This document shows, in pieces, positions 11,907 through 25,300 of a DNA stretch of 64,000 nucleotides. The position numbers and the translations under genes are program-made. The notes under the pieces were generated by a model. That model saw only the letters and a program-made list of their open reading frames with translations. It was not told the DNA's origin and ran no database searches. The stretch covers positions 16,000,455-16,064,454 of the forward strand of contig CM119269.1 of assembly GCA_051294375.1 (NCBI GenBank), written 5' to 3'. Source of the DNA: Paraspadella gotoi (lineage: Eukaryota > Animalia > Chaetognatha). Within the stretch, counting starts at the first letter, position 1; each line of letters begins with the position of its first letter.

Positions 11907-12490
11907 TAGTTCGTTGTTTCCTTACTGATTTCGCGTTTTTTTCTTGACTTTTCACGATTGTCTCGTATTCCTACGTTCGAAACCCGCTCATTAGAAGGTC
12001 ATCAAGTAGAGAGCGAACAGTTCGGAACAGGAAGGTCTGACAGTCTCCAAACGTAGAGAGACTGGAGATCCCTCAGGGGGCTTGAGGGTCCTAGGCCCCG
12101 AGACGAGCAATATACTCGCCCCCGCCGCCACCTGCCCCACCGACACCCCCTTACTCCCCCCGTTTTACCGTTGGTATTTCGCAGCCCCAGAATTCCGTCG
12201 GTTTGGGGACTCGCCCGTAACCAACGACACCTTCTGATGCCCGCGAGCGGTGGGCTTAGTCCGCGAGAGGGCGGCCTCTGCTCGCTGCTCTCGCAGCCTA
12301 CGTGGCGGCCAGTCTGATCATCCCCACTGCCGGAATGACGAGACAGAGGACTGGAGTCGTCCTACCGACGATGATTCGTCACTGAACAGCTTTAGGTATA
12401 GGATATTCGTAACCGATTTTTCGAGCGAGTCTACAGCGCAAATCGTTTCGACGCTTTGGAGGCTGGTGAGTTTTCCCGCCAGATGACGTC
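11901..12490 (+). mobile_element. decayed I/Nimb-clade-like LINE 5' end, ORF1 (gag-like) fragment; copy at 22500-23089
   Basis: Starts at TCAGTC. Translations FYRWYF, VGLV...LRGG/SLII....Q and SSLNSFRYRIFVTDFSSESTAQIVSTL resemble I-clade ORF1 motifs LRSGxLLI and SLNxxRGVI. Confidence 0.45.
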
Positions 12491-12949
12491 CCGAGCTGGG
12501 GGTTTTAGCTCGTTTTATTCAAACGCCTCGCCCTCCCTTCTTTGTTTCTCCTTTATTCTTATCTTTCTTTTTTCGAAATTCGATTTTTGGAATTTAGGAA
12601 ATTTTTAATTTCTGTCTATGAATTTGATGAAAATATTTTTATGAAAATAACCGCTTTCCCCGCCTCTTGGCATGGGCATTTCGTGGCGAGGCGGGACCCG
12701 ATATGAAGAAGTTTTAATTCCTTTATGGATATTAGTTCTATATCGACGTACCGCCTCGCCACGATTCCCACCGTACCGCCTCCTTTTTTTCTTTCCTACT
12801 CATGTTCTCTTCTCCGGCTTGGGCCGATTGGCTTAGGGAAAGGGGTTTGGGGAGAATGAGGGGAGTCACGGTAAGAGTTTTTTTCCGTTTAATTATCTCG
12901 CGCTAATTTGTTTTTACCGCTTACGTTTTTTCCCTCCCCTGACGATTCC

Positions 12950-13966
12950 ATTAATCCGGTCCGGACGTTTTTCTATTCCACACGCTTCGCCGTTTGCGAG
13001 TCAACGAAATTCCTTCCATGCTGTTCCGACATTCAGGTAGGCGGCCCCCTCTCAGATCTCGAGTACATGCTCTCGCTCGGACCCGTTTTCACACGCGTCT
13101 CGCCTCTACCCAAGCGTCAATCATCCCACCACAGTAGATGCCAGGATCCGGACGCCCAATACTCCATCCGAGTTCGGCGGTAGGAGGGGAGAAAGTTTCG
13201 TCTTTCGGATGACGACGTCGGCGGTTTTCGACGGCTCCCTGCCCGCCCGAGCAGGTCAGCGCCGGTCCAGGTTCGTACCATGGTTGGCATCTCTTCGCTG
13301 CGTTTGGGGAAGGGGTTCTTCTCACCGGCCAACTGGAACCTCGCTGGCGACGCCCAATGCTGATCGGCAACAAGTAACGCCAGCTGAGTACCCGTACGCT
13401 CGCTTCTCCCCGTAGTTCCACCGCTCCCAGACGCCTGGACACGTGCCATCTTCCGCTTCAATCTTCTGTCTGGCGTTTATCCAAAGGGGAAATAACTGTC
13501 TGGCTACTCTCGCTCCTTTTCACGCTTGTCGATGGCAGGAGAAACGCGCTACCGCGCATGCCATCCTACAGTTGTCGAATGAGATCTTGTCTGCGCGGAA
13601 TCAAGGAGGCTCTCCGTTCCGGCTCGCTCCAGAAATGAGGTCAGCGCTGGCGTCGACGCCCTTGCCGCCCCGCTTCGCGACGCAGAGCTCTTATTCAAGC
13701 GGCCAGCGTCCCTCAACACTTTTCAGTCGGCGAGCATCCGCCAGACCATCCCAATACTCGCCTGTGGCCGCGCGCCAGAGGATCTCCGCGCCACGCCTTT
13801 ACTCAGCCTGCAGCTGACCCACCCGCAATTCTTTCTCTTTTGGTATTCAGGGTAAGCGCAGGTAGAGGAATCGGCGACTCAATATCGACGCTTACCTAAC
13901 GAAACGAGATCGCTCGCGCCAAAACCCGCTGCCGACAGCGCCCTCATCATTTCCATCCGAGCCCGC
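12950..13966 (-). pseudogene. possible decayed LINE ORF2 linker / RT N-terminus; copy at 23549-24565
   Basis: One frame with scattered stops: ILWRAATGEYWDGL...W, DNCRMACAVARF, VVIRKTKLSPLLPPNSDGV (PGPDG-like), KEFR*L (YRPI-like). Weak similarity judged by eye. Confidence 0.3.
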
Positions 13967-16884
13967 GTTCATGAAATAAGAAGAATATGAAAATATGGGA
14001 GGAGAACAAATGTAGGATTCGCTTGGGAAGTTGGTAGGGATGAAGGAAGGTTGGATTTTCTTTTCTATTGGTGCAACGTGTTGTGTTAGGGTGTTGAGTC
14101 AAGGCTTTTTTAAAAAAAGAAGTAGAGACAGATTTGCGAAACTGTCAACTATTTCGTGAGATATTTTAGTCTTAGTCTCAGTCTCAGTTTTATTTTTTTT
14201 TTAAATTAATGATAAGATTTAATCTTAAAAATATTGCGATTACGTTTCTTATATGAATAGATAATGGATATTAAATAAGTTTCATGTTGATAAGAATAGT
14301 ACCAATTATTTTTTGTTTTTTATTTATTTAATCATTCATTTTTTAAAAAATTTAGTCTGTCTCGTTTCATTGTTGCATTTGGACGACTATCAAGGCGAAA
14401 TCGCTGTCACCGCTTTCTCTCACAGATCCGGGAAACTATAACAGGTGTCACAATCACCATGTAACATTTTTTCCTCAATTTTACAATCATCGGCGGGAGT
14501 TTTTGTCTTCTTCGTTTTCTATTTTGATCCAAGAGGATATTTTACAGGAAAAAGAAAGAAAGAAAAAAGAAAGAAAGAAATACAAATAGAAAAAAGAAAT
14601 AAAGAAAGAAAGAAAGAAAGAAAGAAATGTAGAAAGAAAGAAAGAAAGCTAGAAAGAAAGAAAGAAAGAAGAAGATAGAAAAAAAAAGATAGAAAAATGA
14701 AGCCAGAAATACAAAACAGTTTTTAGCCAAATAATAGAGAAACATCGTCTTTTTTCCTGGTGGCTCGATTCTCGAATAAATTTGGTTACCGATCGACGTG
14801 GAATTACGTCTAGTATACCGAGATAAAAAAATCATTAAAAATCGGTCCACGCTGTTCAAAAAGTTATGGGCAAAAAAACGGACAAAAAATAGCGCCTTCC
14901 GAGGGAAATCAACTTTCGCCTACCTAACGACGAAAAAGTGCGTTAACATTAAGATTTTGAACTACTAGTACTAATCTTAGTCCGACGAATCATGGTAAAG
15001 CCAAATCCTTATTCCGGAGCCAATAGAATAAACGGAAAATTACGGAAGCTGATTACGGAAAGAAAATGTTGATATTAAAGAAAACGAATATGTTAAAAGA
15101 AAGATGGTTAATATTGATACTGATACAACTTAATAAGTGATTGGATGATAATTTAATACTAATTAGGGGTTAATTTTACTTTCGCCAACCGGGGTTAGAG
15201 TGTACAGTGGCGAGAGCACAGCTGATCCGATTATACGTTAGAAGACCGAGGACTACTGGATAGATTCCATGTCGCCACTTCTTTTATTTTAACTGAAATT
15301 GTTCATTACAAGTTATCTTATATAAGGTAAGTTAAAAGTAAATCATAGTAAAAAACCCAAATATGGCCTGCTCTTGGCTGACGGGGTCAATCTTGGATCC
15401 ATGATCCATGAGTTCTTGGGATCGAATCTATTAATGCGTACTTGGTAAATTTATAATTATGCTCAGAAGTAACTAGAAATAAAGTAGCCCTATTAATAAA
15501 AACAAGACGGTGAATCTATTGCAAACGTAATATTAAATGACAAAGAATAAAAGTATTTAAATATTAAGCTCCTATCAAATAATTTTAAAACAAATTACAT
15601 GACCAGTTCATAAAAGAAACAGTACAAGCATTTATTTAAGAACATCCCCACATATTTAAATCAGCAAACCTGCCAGAAATTATCCCCACAATCTTTTGCT
15701 GCGTATCATCACCCGCGTCTTTTGTGCGAATATCCCCACGTCTTTTGTGCTGGAATTCATCCCCGCGTTCTTTTTGCTTTACTGCGAATCATCCCCGCGT
15801 CTTTTGCTGCGAATCATCCCCGCATATTTTTGCTGCATCATGTTAGGAATATTGATTAGAATAAATCTTGGTTAAAATAACTTTTATCATTTATTTAATA
15901 AAATTAGCAAACGTTGATAATTTACAATAAAATCTTATTACAGAATGGAAATTGCTTTTTGCTATTTCATCGATGCTTAGTAGCGTTTTTATTCAATTAT
16001 AATTCTTAAGAAAATTTTGTATTATACCCAACCCAACATTTATTATCAGTTTAGTTTGAATTTTTAACTGAATTTGATATATTCCAAATGACAATTAACC
16101 TTGGATGCCGCTTCCTCCACTTCCTGAGCGCCAATGGTAAACAGCTGGGACCCAGTCATCCCCCAAAACATCAGCTATATAAAAAAGATAATTTGTTAAA
16201 TGCCAATACACAAAAAATGACAGATGTTATAAGAAAAAAAAATTTTTAAAACACAACCGAATGATTTAATACTGATCAAAAAATAAGCGACTCGCTGTCT
16301 GAAAAAGGGATTTAAAAAAATAGAACTATTGGAATGATATGGAATAAAAAATATTTAAATTTTAATATCTCGCAGAGTTACTATTGAAAAAAATGGAAAA
16401 AAAATCTTAAATCACATGATCCATCGCTGAATATTATCTACAAAAAAAAGCGATAAAGTCTGGCGAGATAAAAATAATGGTGATGTTTTATTTATTACAA
16501 CTTGCTGCACTATATTGCCCCCTACCTCTTTGTCCGTCTCGCCACTAAGGTCGCAGAAAGATTGCTTGAGAACTGGACACGGATTCTCCCTCTCCGTTGT
16601 TCTTGCAAAACTTGACAAGTGGCGCCAGCTTAGGACCCGCCTAGTTACTCGTGCGTCCCGTCTCGCTCAGATCGGGGGCGAGACAAGGAAGATGGCTTGG
16701 TGCGGCGGCAACCATGCGTTGCGTGGCGTGCATGGTGACAATTTCTTAAACCGCTATAAAAAAAACTTAGCTAAAAAAATACCATTTTGCAAAATCCAGA
16801 AAAAAATTAATTATTTACTATTATATACTTTATAAAATTATATTTAAATTTATTATATATTTAATGCTAAACTTAATTTTAAAT

Positions 16885-17497
16885 ATAACCTTACCCTAAT
16901 TATCTTTAACCTTAACTTAACCTTAACCTTAACTTACCCCCAACCCTAATTTACCCCAACCCTAATTTCCCTCAACCCAATTTCCCTCAAACCCTAATTT
17001 CCCTCAACCTATTTACCCCCCAACCTTAATTACCCCACCACCCTTAATTCTACCCCAAACCCTGATTTACCCCACCCTAATTACCCTAAACCTAATTTCC
17101 TTCACCTTAATTTACCAACTAACTTACCTTTTCCCTAACCTTAATTAATCCCTACCCTAATTACCCCCCACCCTAATTTACCCCCACCCTAATTACCCTA
17201 ACCTAATTTCCCTCAACCTTAATTTACCCTCAACCTTAATTATCCTACCCTAATTTACCCCCACCCTAATTTACCCCCACCCTAATTACCTCTAACCTAA
17301 TTTCCCTCAAACCTTAATTTACCCTCAACCTTAATTATCCCTACCTATTTACCCCCACTCCTATAATTTACCTCCAACCCTAATTTACCCCAACCTTAAT
17401 TTACCCAACCCTAATCCCACAACCCTAATTACCCCAACCTAATTACCCCCACCCTAATTCACCCCCAAACCCTAATTTACTCCCAACCCTAATTACT
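16885..17497 (+). repeat. CCTAA-containing minisatellite, unit 2 copy
   Basis: Same array as 6311-6917. Confidence 0.9.
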
Positions 17498-18062
17498 TAG
17501 TTTAATCTAATTTTTTTAATTTAATTTTTTTTGCACAAAAAAATGTTATAACAAAAATAACGCTGATATGAAGACTTGAAATTAGAATCGAAACATGGTC
17601 CATTTTTTTTCTTTGTGTCGACGAAAGGCTTGAGACGGTCAGTGGAAGTCCGAGTTGGCAGATCTGGGCCGCGAAGTCGAGGCGAAAGAACGGGCTCCTC
17701 AAGAAACGATCTCAATGGGCTGTCATAGATTTCGCGATGGCCGTCGCGGCGGACACGAGCGCCAAAGCGGCAACTTTGGAGGCCCGCTCGGAGTCTTTTG
17801 GGGATGATTAGATTGAGAAAGCTCTTCAGTCATATCGTATTTGGGCAAATAGTTCTGATAACTATATCGACTGTTTAACTTAGATCGGACTCCGGTCAAA
17901 ACGCCCCGCAGTTTTACCGAAACATCAAATTTTCTAAAATTTTCTTAGGTCGGTAATAACTTCTCTTATGCTATCATGTCTTTTTTTTTCGAAATTCTTT
18001 CGTGTTGTATGTATTTGGGCCAAAATGATTTTGTTCAAACGAATTTTATTTAAACATGAAAC

Positions 18063-18104
18063 ACGTACATTGTTTCGGCTTTGGATTCAAGCCTTCTTCA
18101 GCGT
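18063..18104 (-). ncRNA. type I hammerhead ribozyme (left arm, unit 2), complete core
   Basis: Reverse complement reads ACG-CTGAAGA-A-GGCTT-GAATCCA-AAGCC-GAAAC-AAT-GTA-CGT. Confidence 0.8.
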
Positions 18105-18624
18105 CAATGATTTGTGAAATTTTACAGTTTTTTGTCGTGAAGAGAGGGATAAGAGAGAGAGAGAGAGGAGAGAGAGAGAGATAGGGCAAAGTATTCCAAC
18201 ACAGAGTTCAGAAAAATTAATAGTGTCAGTGGTGAGGACAGGTTAAGAGAGGACAGATAGAGATTTTAGTTTTAGGTATAATAACAGTTAAACTTTATTT
18301 GTTGTACATTGAAATTAATATTATTTTCTTCTCCCAATTAGTCTCTCTTCTCTTCTTCTCCCTCTCTCTCTCCTCTTCTCTCTCTCTCAAATTTTTTTCC
18401 TCCTCCTTTCTCAACCCTTTGACCATTCATTTCTTATTCAAAACTAAAATCTCTATCTGTCCTCATTCTTAACCTGCTCCTCACCACTTGACCACTATTA
18501 TTTTTCTGAACTCTTGTGTTGGAAACTTTTGCCCTATCTTCTCCTTCTCTCTCTCTCTTCTCTCTCTCCTCTCTCTCTTTCCCTTCTTTCACACAAAAAA
18601 CTGTTACCCAATTTCACAATCATG

Positions 18625-18666
18625 ACGCTGAAGAAGGCTTGAATCCAAAAGCCAAACATTGTACGT
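18625..18666 (+). ncRNA. type I hammerhead ribozyme (right arm, unit 2)
   Basis: ACG-CTGAAGA-A-GGCTT-GAATCCAA-AAGCC-AAAC-ATT-GTA-CGT; the G of GAAA is missing. Confidence 0.65.
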
Positions 18667-19878
18667 TTTCATGTTTAAATTAAAATTCGTTGTGAAACAA
18701 AAAATCATTTTGCCCAAATAAATTTTCTATAAAATCTATCTATTCATTTATAATTTTCGTAAAAAAAAGAAAAAAAAATCGGGGGAAATTAATGTTTTTT
18801 TATAAACACGAAAATCCCAACCTCCTCTGATTTTCGTGAACCGGGCTGGCTCGACGGAGTTGCCATGGCTTTCGATTTGGTTCTTGGCGGGAGGGCGTAA
18901 TGTAAAAGTTGCGCATTCAGGGCCATGTAAGAATCCGCAGAGCAAACAAAAGTCCAGATTCCTTTTTCATATATAAAAACCGTAAATTTTTCGAGTGACG
19001 TCCCCAGAAACATAAGACAAACGCAGAAATTGAATCTCTCAGTCAGTAATAGAACTAATTTAAGACTGGGCGGAACAACGCGGGAATTAAGCCCGAAAAA
19101 ACTCGTTAACAAGTAGCGACCGACCAATTCAATCTTTAAATGGAAACAGCATTAACTAGTCCATTATTGGTTATAATTATTGTTGTTAAAATATTTTTTT
19201 GCAAAATATGTTCCGAACCAGGTTATTTTATAATCGCAAATTAATTTATTATAATTGCTAATAATGTTAAAATTTTTTTGATAAGTTTTAAGTTTTAATT
19301 GATTATATCTGATAGAGCTTAAAAAGTTAAGCAAAAATATAATTACAACTTTTTACCGAGATTTTATCCGATTCTTACATCCTCGTTCTCAGACTCGTTT
19401 ACTCTATACCTTAGAGGAAAACACCTTGCTAAAATCATCGGATGCTGGATGAATGATGATTAATTTTTAAGGTTTTTTCAATTAACCACTTATCATCAAA
19501 ACTAATTTGAAAAAAGTTATCTTGTGTGTAGAAAATGAAACTTTTCATAGCCTATATTGAATTGCTTTTAAAAATAAAAAAATTCAAAAAAAAAATTTGA
19601 CATTTCCTATCTATAAATAAATCATTTAAAAATATTAAAACTAATGCTGCTGCCATTTTAGAAAATTTTGCTCCAAATTGAAAAAGTTTGTCTCGAAATA
19701 GTGTGAAGTTCATTTGAAAGGTTCCCAACATCAAATCGGACACCCATCCCATGACGAATCCTGCTCTATTAATCAGGATTATTCTTAAAATAAACAGCCA
19801 AGCTTGGTAATAATTTAAAAAATAATTAATACCCTGTTTGTTTTGTTTAGGACAAATCAAAAAATCTATCTACCTTAT

Positions 19879-22349
19879 TGGAGGCCGCGACGCCTTCCTG
19901 TGGCGTCTCCGACCCGAGGACGCGCAGTCATCGACCTTCAGTCACAGAGATTCTCGCGCCGCAAGCGACCGTCTTTCAGTCTGGTCGCTATTTTTGAGTG
20001 GCATGCATTTCGGCTCAGGGTCTCGGTGAGAATGCAGTTCTATAAAGTCTCAAAGTTACCGAAAAGTGAATAATTCCCGTAAAAACCACGTCCCTTTGGG
20101 GTCCAATGCCGAACGCACCGCTCGTACGACCATCCCAGACGACTCGGTGAACCTTTCCGACAATACATCGGCCGACAGCTGTGAGAGGCTCAGACGCGAG
20201 CTCGTTACGGCGTCAGAGTAGCCTGTGTAATCTTCCACTTCTGCTCCTTCCTTCTAACTGTAAGAACTTCGAGGAGCTCTCATGCGTCTCTGAAGAGTTC
20301 GGCGAAGTACCCTAGTTCCATCTCGTTGGGAGCTGGCTTGTCGCACCTCCTACAACGGTGAACCTTGCAACCAGCTCAGCCCTTTTGGCCACCTTGCGGC
20401 ACCAGCCCGTTCCGGTTTCTCGCCGTGGCTTGGGATCAGACCCCATCGTTCGACGCGTTTTCATAACAAAGGGACTCTCTTTTCAGAGCGAGTCCCTACT
20501 ATTCGCACGATGTTCCTCCGTTGAGGATGATCAAAGGCGTTTGGTTCTTTCTCGTTTGAGATCTGTCCCCTCGCGCGTGCTCTCCGCTCACGTCTTCGGC
20601 GCTCTCTCTCTTTTCTTTCTGGGCACTCGCTTCGGCCTACTGAGGCCGCCCTTCGGGATGCCTTCGCTCAAGTTATCAAGCCACTGCTCGCTCGACCGCG
20701 GATCATGCCGCGCGTTTTGTTTCTCCAAGCTTTTCCAAGACAGGATCGCGTTGGGCCACAAGGCCCGTCCCTTCAGGGTTGGCGCCCTGCCGGCGTCATC
20801 GCGTGTGGCCCCATGCGGCTCGTGGGGAGTGGCTTCGAGTCCGCCGAATGTAGCCCGTCTCACGTTGTGCCTTTTGCGCCCCGATTACTGCCGCCCTCTT
20901 ACTCCGTTTTCGCTCTCACGGATTTGCCGAGGCGATCCGTAAAGGCTCTTTTTTAGAGCCCCAATGTCGACGCTCCGCCAGATCTACTCGTGCCATGGCC
21001 GAGTACTCGGAAGCTAATCACCCGACAGAAAAAGCGTGAAAACCCGGGTGCAGCAATTTCTCGCCGTCCTTTGTCTCCGCGCCCGGTAGACCTGGGTCGC
21101 GGAGATCAGCCCTATCTTCGGATTTAACTTGCGTGTTCCAGTGGTAATGCTAACTCAATGGGCGAATAAATACGTAAGTATTGACCGTTCTCTCGGTGAA
21201 CTACGTGACTCGTCCCCCGGCTCAGCACACTTCGACCGAGAGTGATGCAGCGTCGCCAGTACTGGGCCCTCCAGCAGCTCTAGCGCCGATAGAGGCGAGG
21301 AATCCTGAGCCGAGAGTATTTTTTGTTGACTTTTGTTTCTGTTTCACATGTCTGGTCACAGCGCGGTGTCTCGCCTTTTGGGGAGACAAAAGCTTAATGT
21401 GGGGTGTGGCGTTTAATCAGATAAGTAATTAACATACAATCCAATTCAGACATTTCAGTATTTCATATCTCGACGTCTGAGAAAATTATTAATTCAACTG
21501 AGAGTAATAATATGTAAGCTACAGGTTGTTCCGTTCACAACGCTGCCTAACCATGCGAAACTTTCCCTTCTTGTGCGCCGATCCACTGTTAAAGCGCGAC
21601 GTCAATTTACTTGCGTTGCCGGAGAGCCCACTCCAGGTGGGGAGCTTGATGCTCTGCTAAAGACCAGAATATGGCGTGTAGCAGCGATCTTTTCTTCCGT
21701 ATGCTTTTGTGACTGCATGCTCTCGATTCACCTATTCCTCCAACTAATTTTGAAAACGGACGGCAGAGGACATCTTTTTGCGAAGAAGCTGCAGCCATTA
21801 GATTCGAACCGTAAACGTAGGACCGAGTTGCTTTGTCGAGAAGCTGGGACCTGGAAATCACACGCTCTCATTAAAAGTGGAAAACAGATTGATTAAGTAT
21901 CGGATAAAAAGCACGCGTCTCAAACCAAAAGGCTTCCTGAAAATTAGAATTAAATCCAACCAAACTTTACCTTCGGTGAATTGTTTCTTTTGTTATAAAA
22001 AATAAGAGATTTTGGCTCTTTCCCGCGATCGTTAGTTTCGGTTGTCGCTGGTCTGACTCAAATTCCTCGCGCATGATCGGGTTGGCTATACATAAAGGCT
22101 TTTTAAAGGTGACGTCGCTCTATCGTTTCTTAGGAGTTCCAAACTGCGTGTAATGAGCAAAAGGTTCAACAAACCGTTCAAACCTAAAGATTCCTTAGAC
22201 TTGGCAAATCGCTTACCAAAAAATTCCTCGCCAATGAAATATTCAAGCAAAAGGTTAGTTCTCATATCGGTCCGCCTCGCCACCGAAATGCCGCGTTCTT
22301 GTTCGCGCTAGTCGATAGATCGCGCGTTGTACAGAGTAAGAAAAAACGA
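19879..22349 (+). mobile_element. decayed CR1/L2-like LINE fragment, unit 2 copy
   Basis: Copy of 9280-11750 at offset 10599. Confidence 0.55.
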
Positions 22350-25300
22350 ACAAAATGAACATCGATAGTAGATGAAAAAAAGAGAATCGCAGGGGAAGCC
22401 GTCACGTGACCGCCGCCGACCAATGGGAGCCCGGCAATCCCAAGCGGCTCCCTCCCTCATCCGGGTATACGGAAAGCCTCAATTCTTTTTTCGCCCGACT
22501 CAGTCTAGTTCGTTGTTTCCTTACTGATTTCGCGTTTTTTTCTTGACTTTTCACGATTGTCTCGTATTCCTACGTTCGAAACCCGCTCATTAGAAGGTCA
22601 TCAAGTAGAGAGCGAACAGTTCGGAACAGGAAGGTCTGACAGTCTCCAAACGTAGAGAGACTGGAGATCCCTCAGGGGGCTTGAGGGTCCTAGGCCCCGA
22701 GACGAGCAATATACTCGCCCCCGCCGCCACCTGCCCCACCGACACCCCCTTACTCCCCCCGTTTTACCGTTGGTATTTCGCAGCCCCAGAATTCCGTCGG
22801 TTTGGGGACTCGCCCGTAACCAACGACACCTTCTGATGCCCGCGAGCGGTGGGCTTAGTCCGCGAGAGGGCGGCCTCTGCTCGCTGCTCTCGCAGCCTAC
22901 GTGGCGGCCAGTCTGATCATCCCCACTGCCGGAATGACGAGACAGAGGACTGGAGTCGTCCTACCGACGATGATTCGTCACTGAACAGCTTTAGGTATAG
23001 GATATTCGTAACCGATTTTTCGAGCGAGTCTACAGCGCAAATCGTTTCGACGCTTTGGAGGCTGGTGAGTTTTCCCGCCAGATGACGTCCCGAGCTGGGG
23101 GTTTTAGCTCGTTTTATTCAAACGCCTCGCCCTCCCTTCTTTGTTTCTCCTTTATTCTTATCTTTCTTTTTTCGAAATTCGATTTTTGGAATTTAGGAAA
23201 TTTTTAATTTCTGTCTATGAATTTGATGAAAATATTTTTATGAAAATAACCGCTTTCCCCGCCTCTTGGCATGGGCATTTCGTGGCGAGGCGGGACCCGA
23301 TATGAAGAAGTTTTAATTCCTTTATGGATATTAGTTCTATATCGACGTACCGCCTCGCCACGATTCCCACCGTACCGCCTCCTTTTTTTCTTTCCTACTC
23401 ATGTTCTCTTCTCCGGCTTGGGCCGATTGGCTTAGGGAAAGGGGTTTGGGGAGAATGAGGGGAGTCACGGTAAGAGTTTTTTTCCGTTTAATTATCTCGC
23501 GCTAATTTGTTTTTACCGCTTACGTTTTTTCCCTCCCCTGACGATTCCATTAATCCGGTCCGGACGTTTTTCTATTCCACACGCTTCGCCGTTTGCGAGT
23601 CAACGAAATTCCTTCCATGCTGTTCCGACATTCAGGTAGGCGGCCCCCTCTCAGATCTCGAGTACATGCTCTCGCTCGGACCCGTTTTCACACGCGTCTC
23701 GCCTCTACCCAAGCGTCAATCATCCCACCACAGTAGATGCCAGGATCCGGACGCCCAATACTCCATCCGAGTTCGGCGGTAGGAGGGGAGAAAGTTTCGT
23801 CTTTCGGATGACGACGTCGGCGGTTTTCGACGGCTCCCTGCCCGCCCGAGCAGGTCAGCGCCGGTCCAGGTTCGTACCATGGTTGGCATCTCTTCGCTGC
23901 GTTTGGGGAAGGGGTTCTTCTCACCGGCCAACTGGAACCTCGCTGGCGACGCCCAATGCTGATCGGCAACAAGTAACGCCAGCTGAGTACCCGTACGCTC
24001 GCTTCTCCCCGTAGTTCCACCGCTCCCAGACGCCTGGACACGTGCCATCTTCCGCTTCAATCTTCTGTCTGGCGTTTATCCAAAGGGGAAATAACTGTCT
24101 GGCTACTCTCGCTCCTTTTCACGCTTGTCGATGGCAGGAGAAACGCGCTACCGCGCATGCCATCCTACAGTTGTCGAATGAGATCTTGTCTGCGCGGAAT
24201 CAAGGAGGCTCTCCGTTCCGGCTCGCTCCAGAAATGAGGTCAGCGCTGGCGTCGACGCCCTTGCCGCCCCGCTTCGCGACGCAGAGCTCTTATTCAAGCG
24301 GCCAGCGTCCCTCAACACTTTTCAGTCGGCGAGCATCCGCCAGACCATCCCAATACTCGCCTGTGGCCGCGCGCCAGAGGATCTCCGCGCCACGCCTTTA
24401 CTCAGCCTGCAGCTGACCCACCCGCAATTCTTTCTCTTTTGGTATTCAGGGTAAGCGCAGGTAGAGGAATCGGCGACTCAATATCGACGCTTACCTAACG
24501 AAACGAGATCGCTCGCGCCAAAACCCGCTGCCGACAGCGCCCTCATCATTTCCATCCGAGCCCGCNNNNNNNNNNNNNNNNNNNNNNNNNAAGGAAAGAA
24601 ATACAAATAGAAAAAGAGAAATAAAAAGAAAGAAGAGAAAAAAAGAAAAAAGAATAAAAGAAAGAAAGAAAATAGAGAAAGAAAGACGATAGAAGAAAGT
24701 AAAGAAAGAGAAAGGAACAAAGAAAGAAGAAAGATAGAAAAAAAAGATAGAAAAATGAAGCAGAAATACAAAACAGTTTTTAGCCAAATAATAGAGAAAC
24801 ATCGTTCTTTTTTCCTGGTTGGCTCGATTTCGAATAATTTGGTTACCGATCGACGTGGAATTACGTTCTAGTATACCGAGATAAAAAAATCATAAAATCG
24901 GTCCACGCGTCAAAAAGTTATGGGCAAAAAACGGACAAAAGAATAGCGCCTTCCGAGGAATCAACTTTCGCCTAACATCAACGAGCGAAAAAGTGGCGTT
25001 AACATTAGATTTGAACTACGTAGTACTAATCTTAGTTCCGACGAATCGATGGTAAGCCAAATCCTTATTCCGGAGCCAATAGAAATAAACGGAAAAATTA
25101 CGGAAGCTGATTACGGAAAGGAAAATGTTGATATAAGAAAACGAATATGTTAAAAGAAAGATGGTAATATGATTACTGATACAACTTAAATAAGTGATTG
25201 GATTAATAATTTAAATACTAATTAGGGTTAAATTTTACTTTCGCCAACCGGGGTTAGAGCTTACAGTGGCGAGAGACAGCTGATCCGATATACGTAGAAG

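Larger units (their letters stand above)
3436..13966. repeat. ~10.6-kb tandem repeat, unit 1
   Basis: Starts GTTCATGAAATAAGAAG and ends CCGAGCCCGC; the same start recurs at 13967. Confidence 0.95.
17928..18734. mobile_element. inverted pLTR-like hammerhead element, unit 2 copy
   Basis: Same architecture as 7340-8127. Confidence 0.7.
13967..24565. repeat. ~10.6-kb tandem repeat, unit 2
   Basis: Colinear with unit 1. The ORF track from 8953-13817 recurs identically at an offset of 10599. Confidence 0.95.

Noticed and set aside
3436-13966. rDNA, histone or 5S/SL repeat unit, suggested by its size
   Set aside because: No recognisable rRNA, 5S, snRNA or histone sequence.
3436-24565. Terminon/Athena-like giant retroelement (hammerheads, telomere-like repeat and esterase together)
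   Set aside because: The esterase is followed by AP-endonuclease motifs, which is a LINE layout. No Athena RT or intact co-oriented ORFs are seen, and the CCTAA array is not a pure telomeric cap. Independent nested insertions explain it better.
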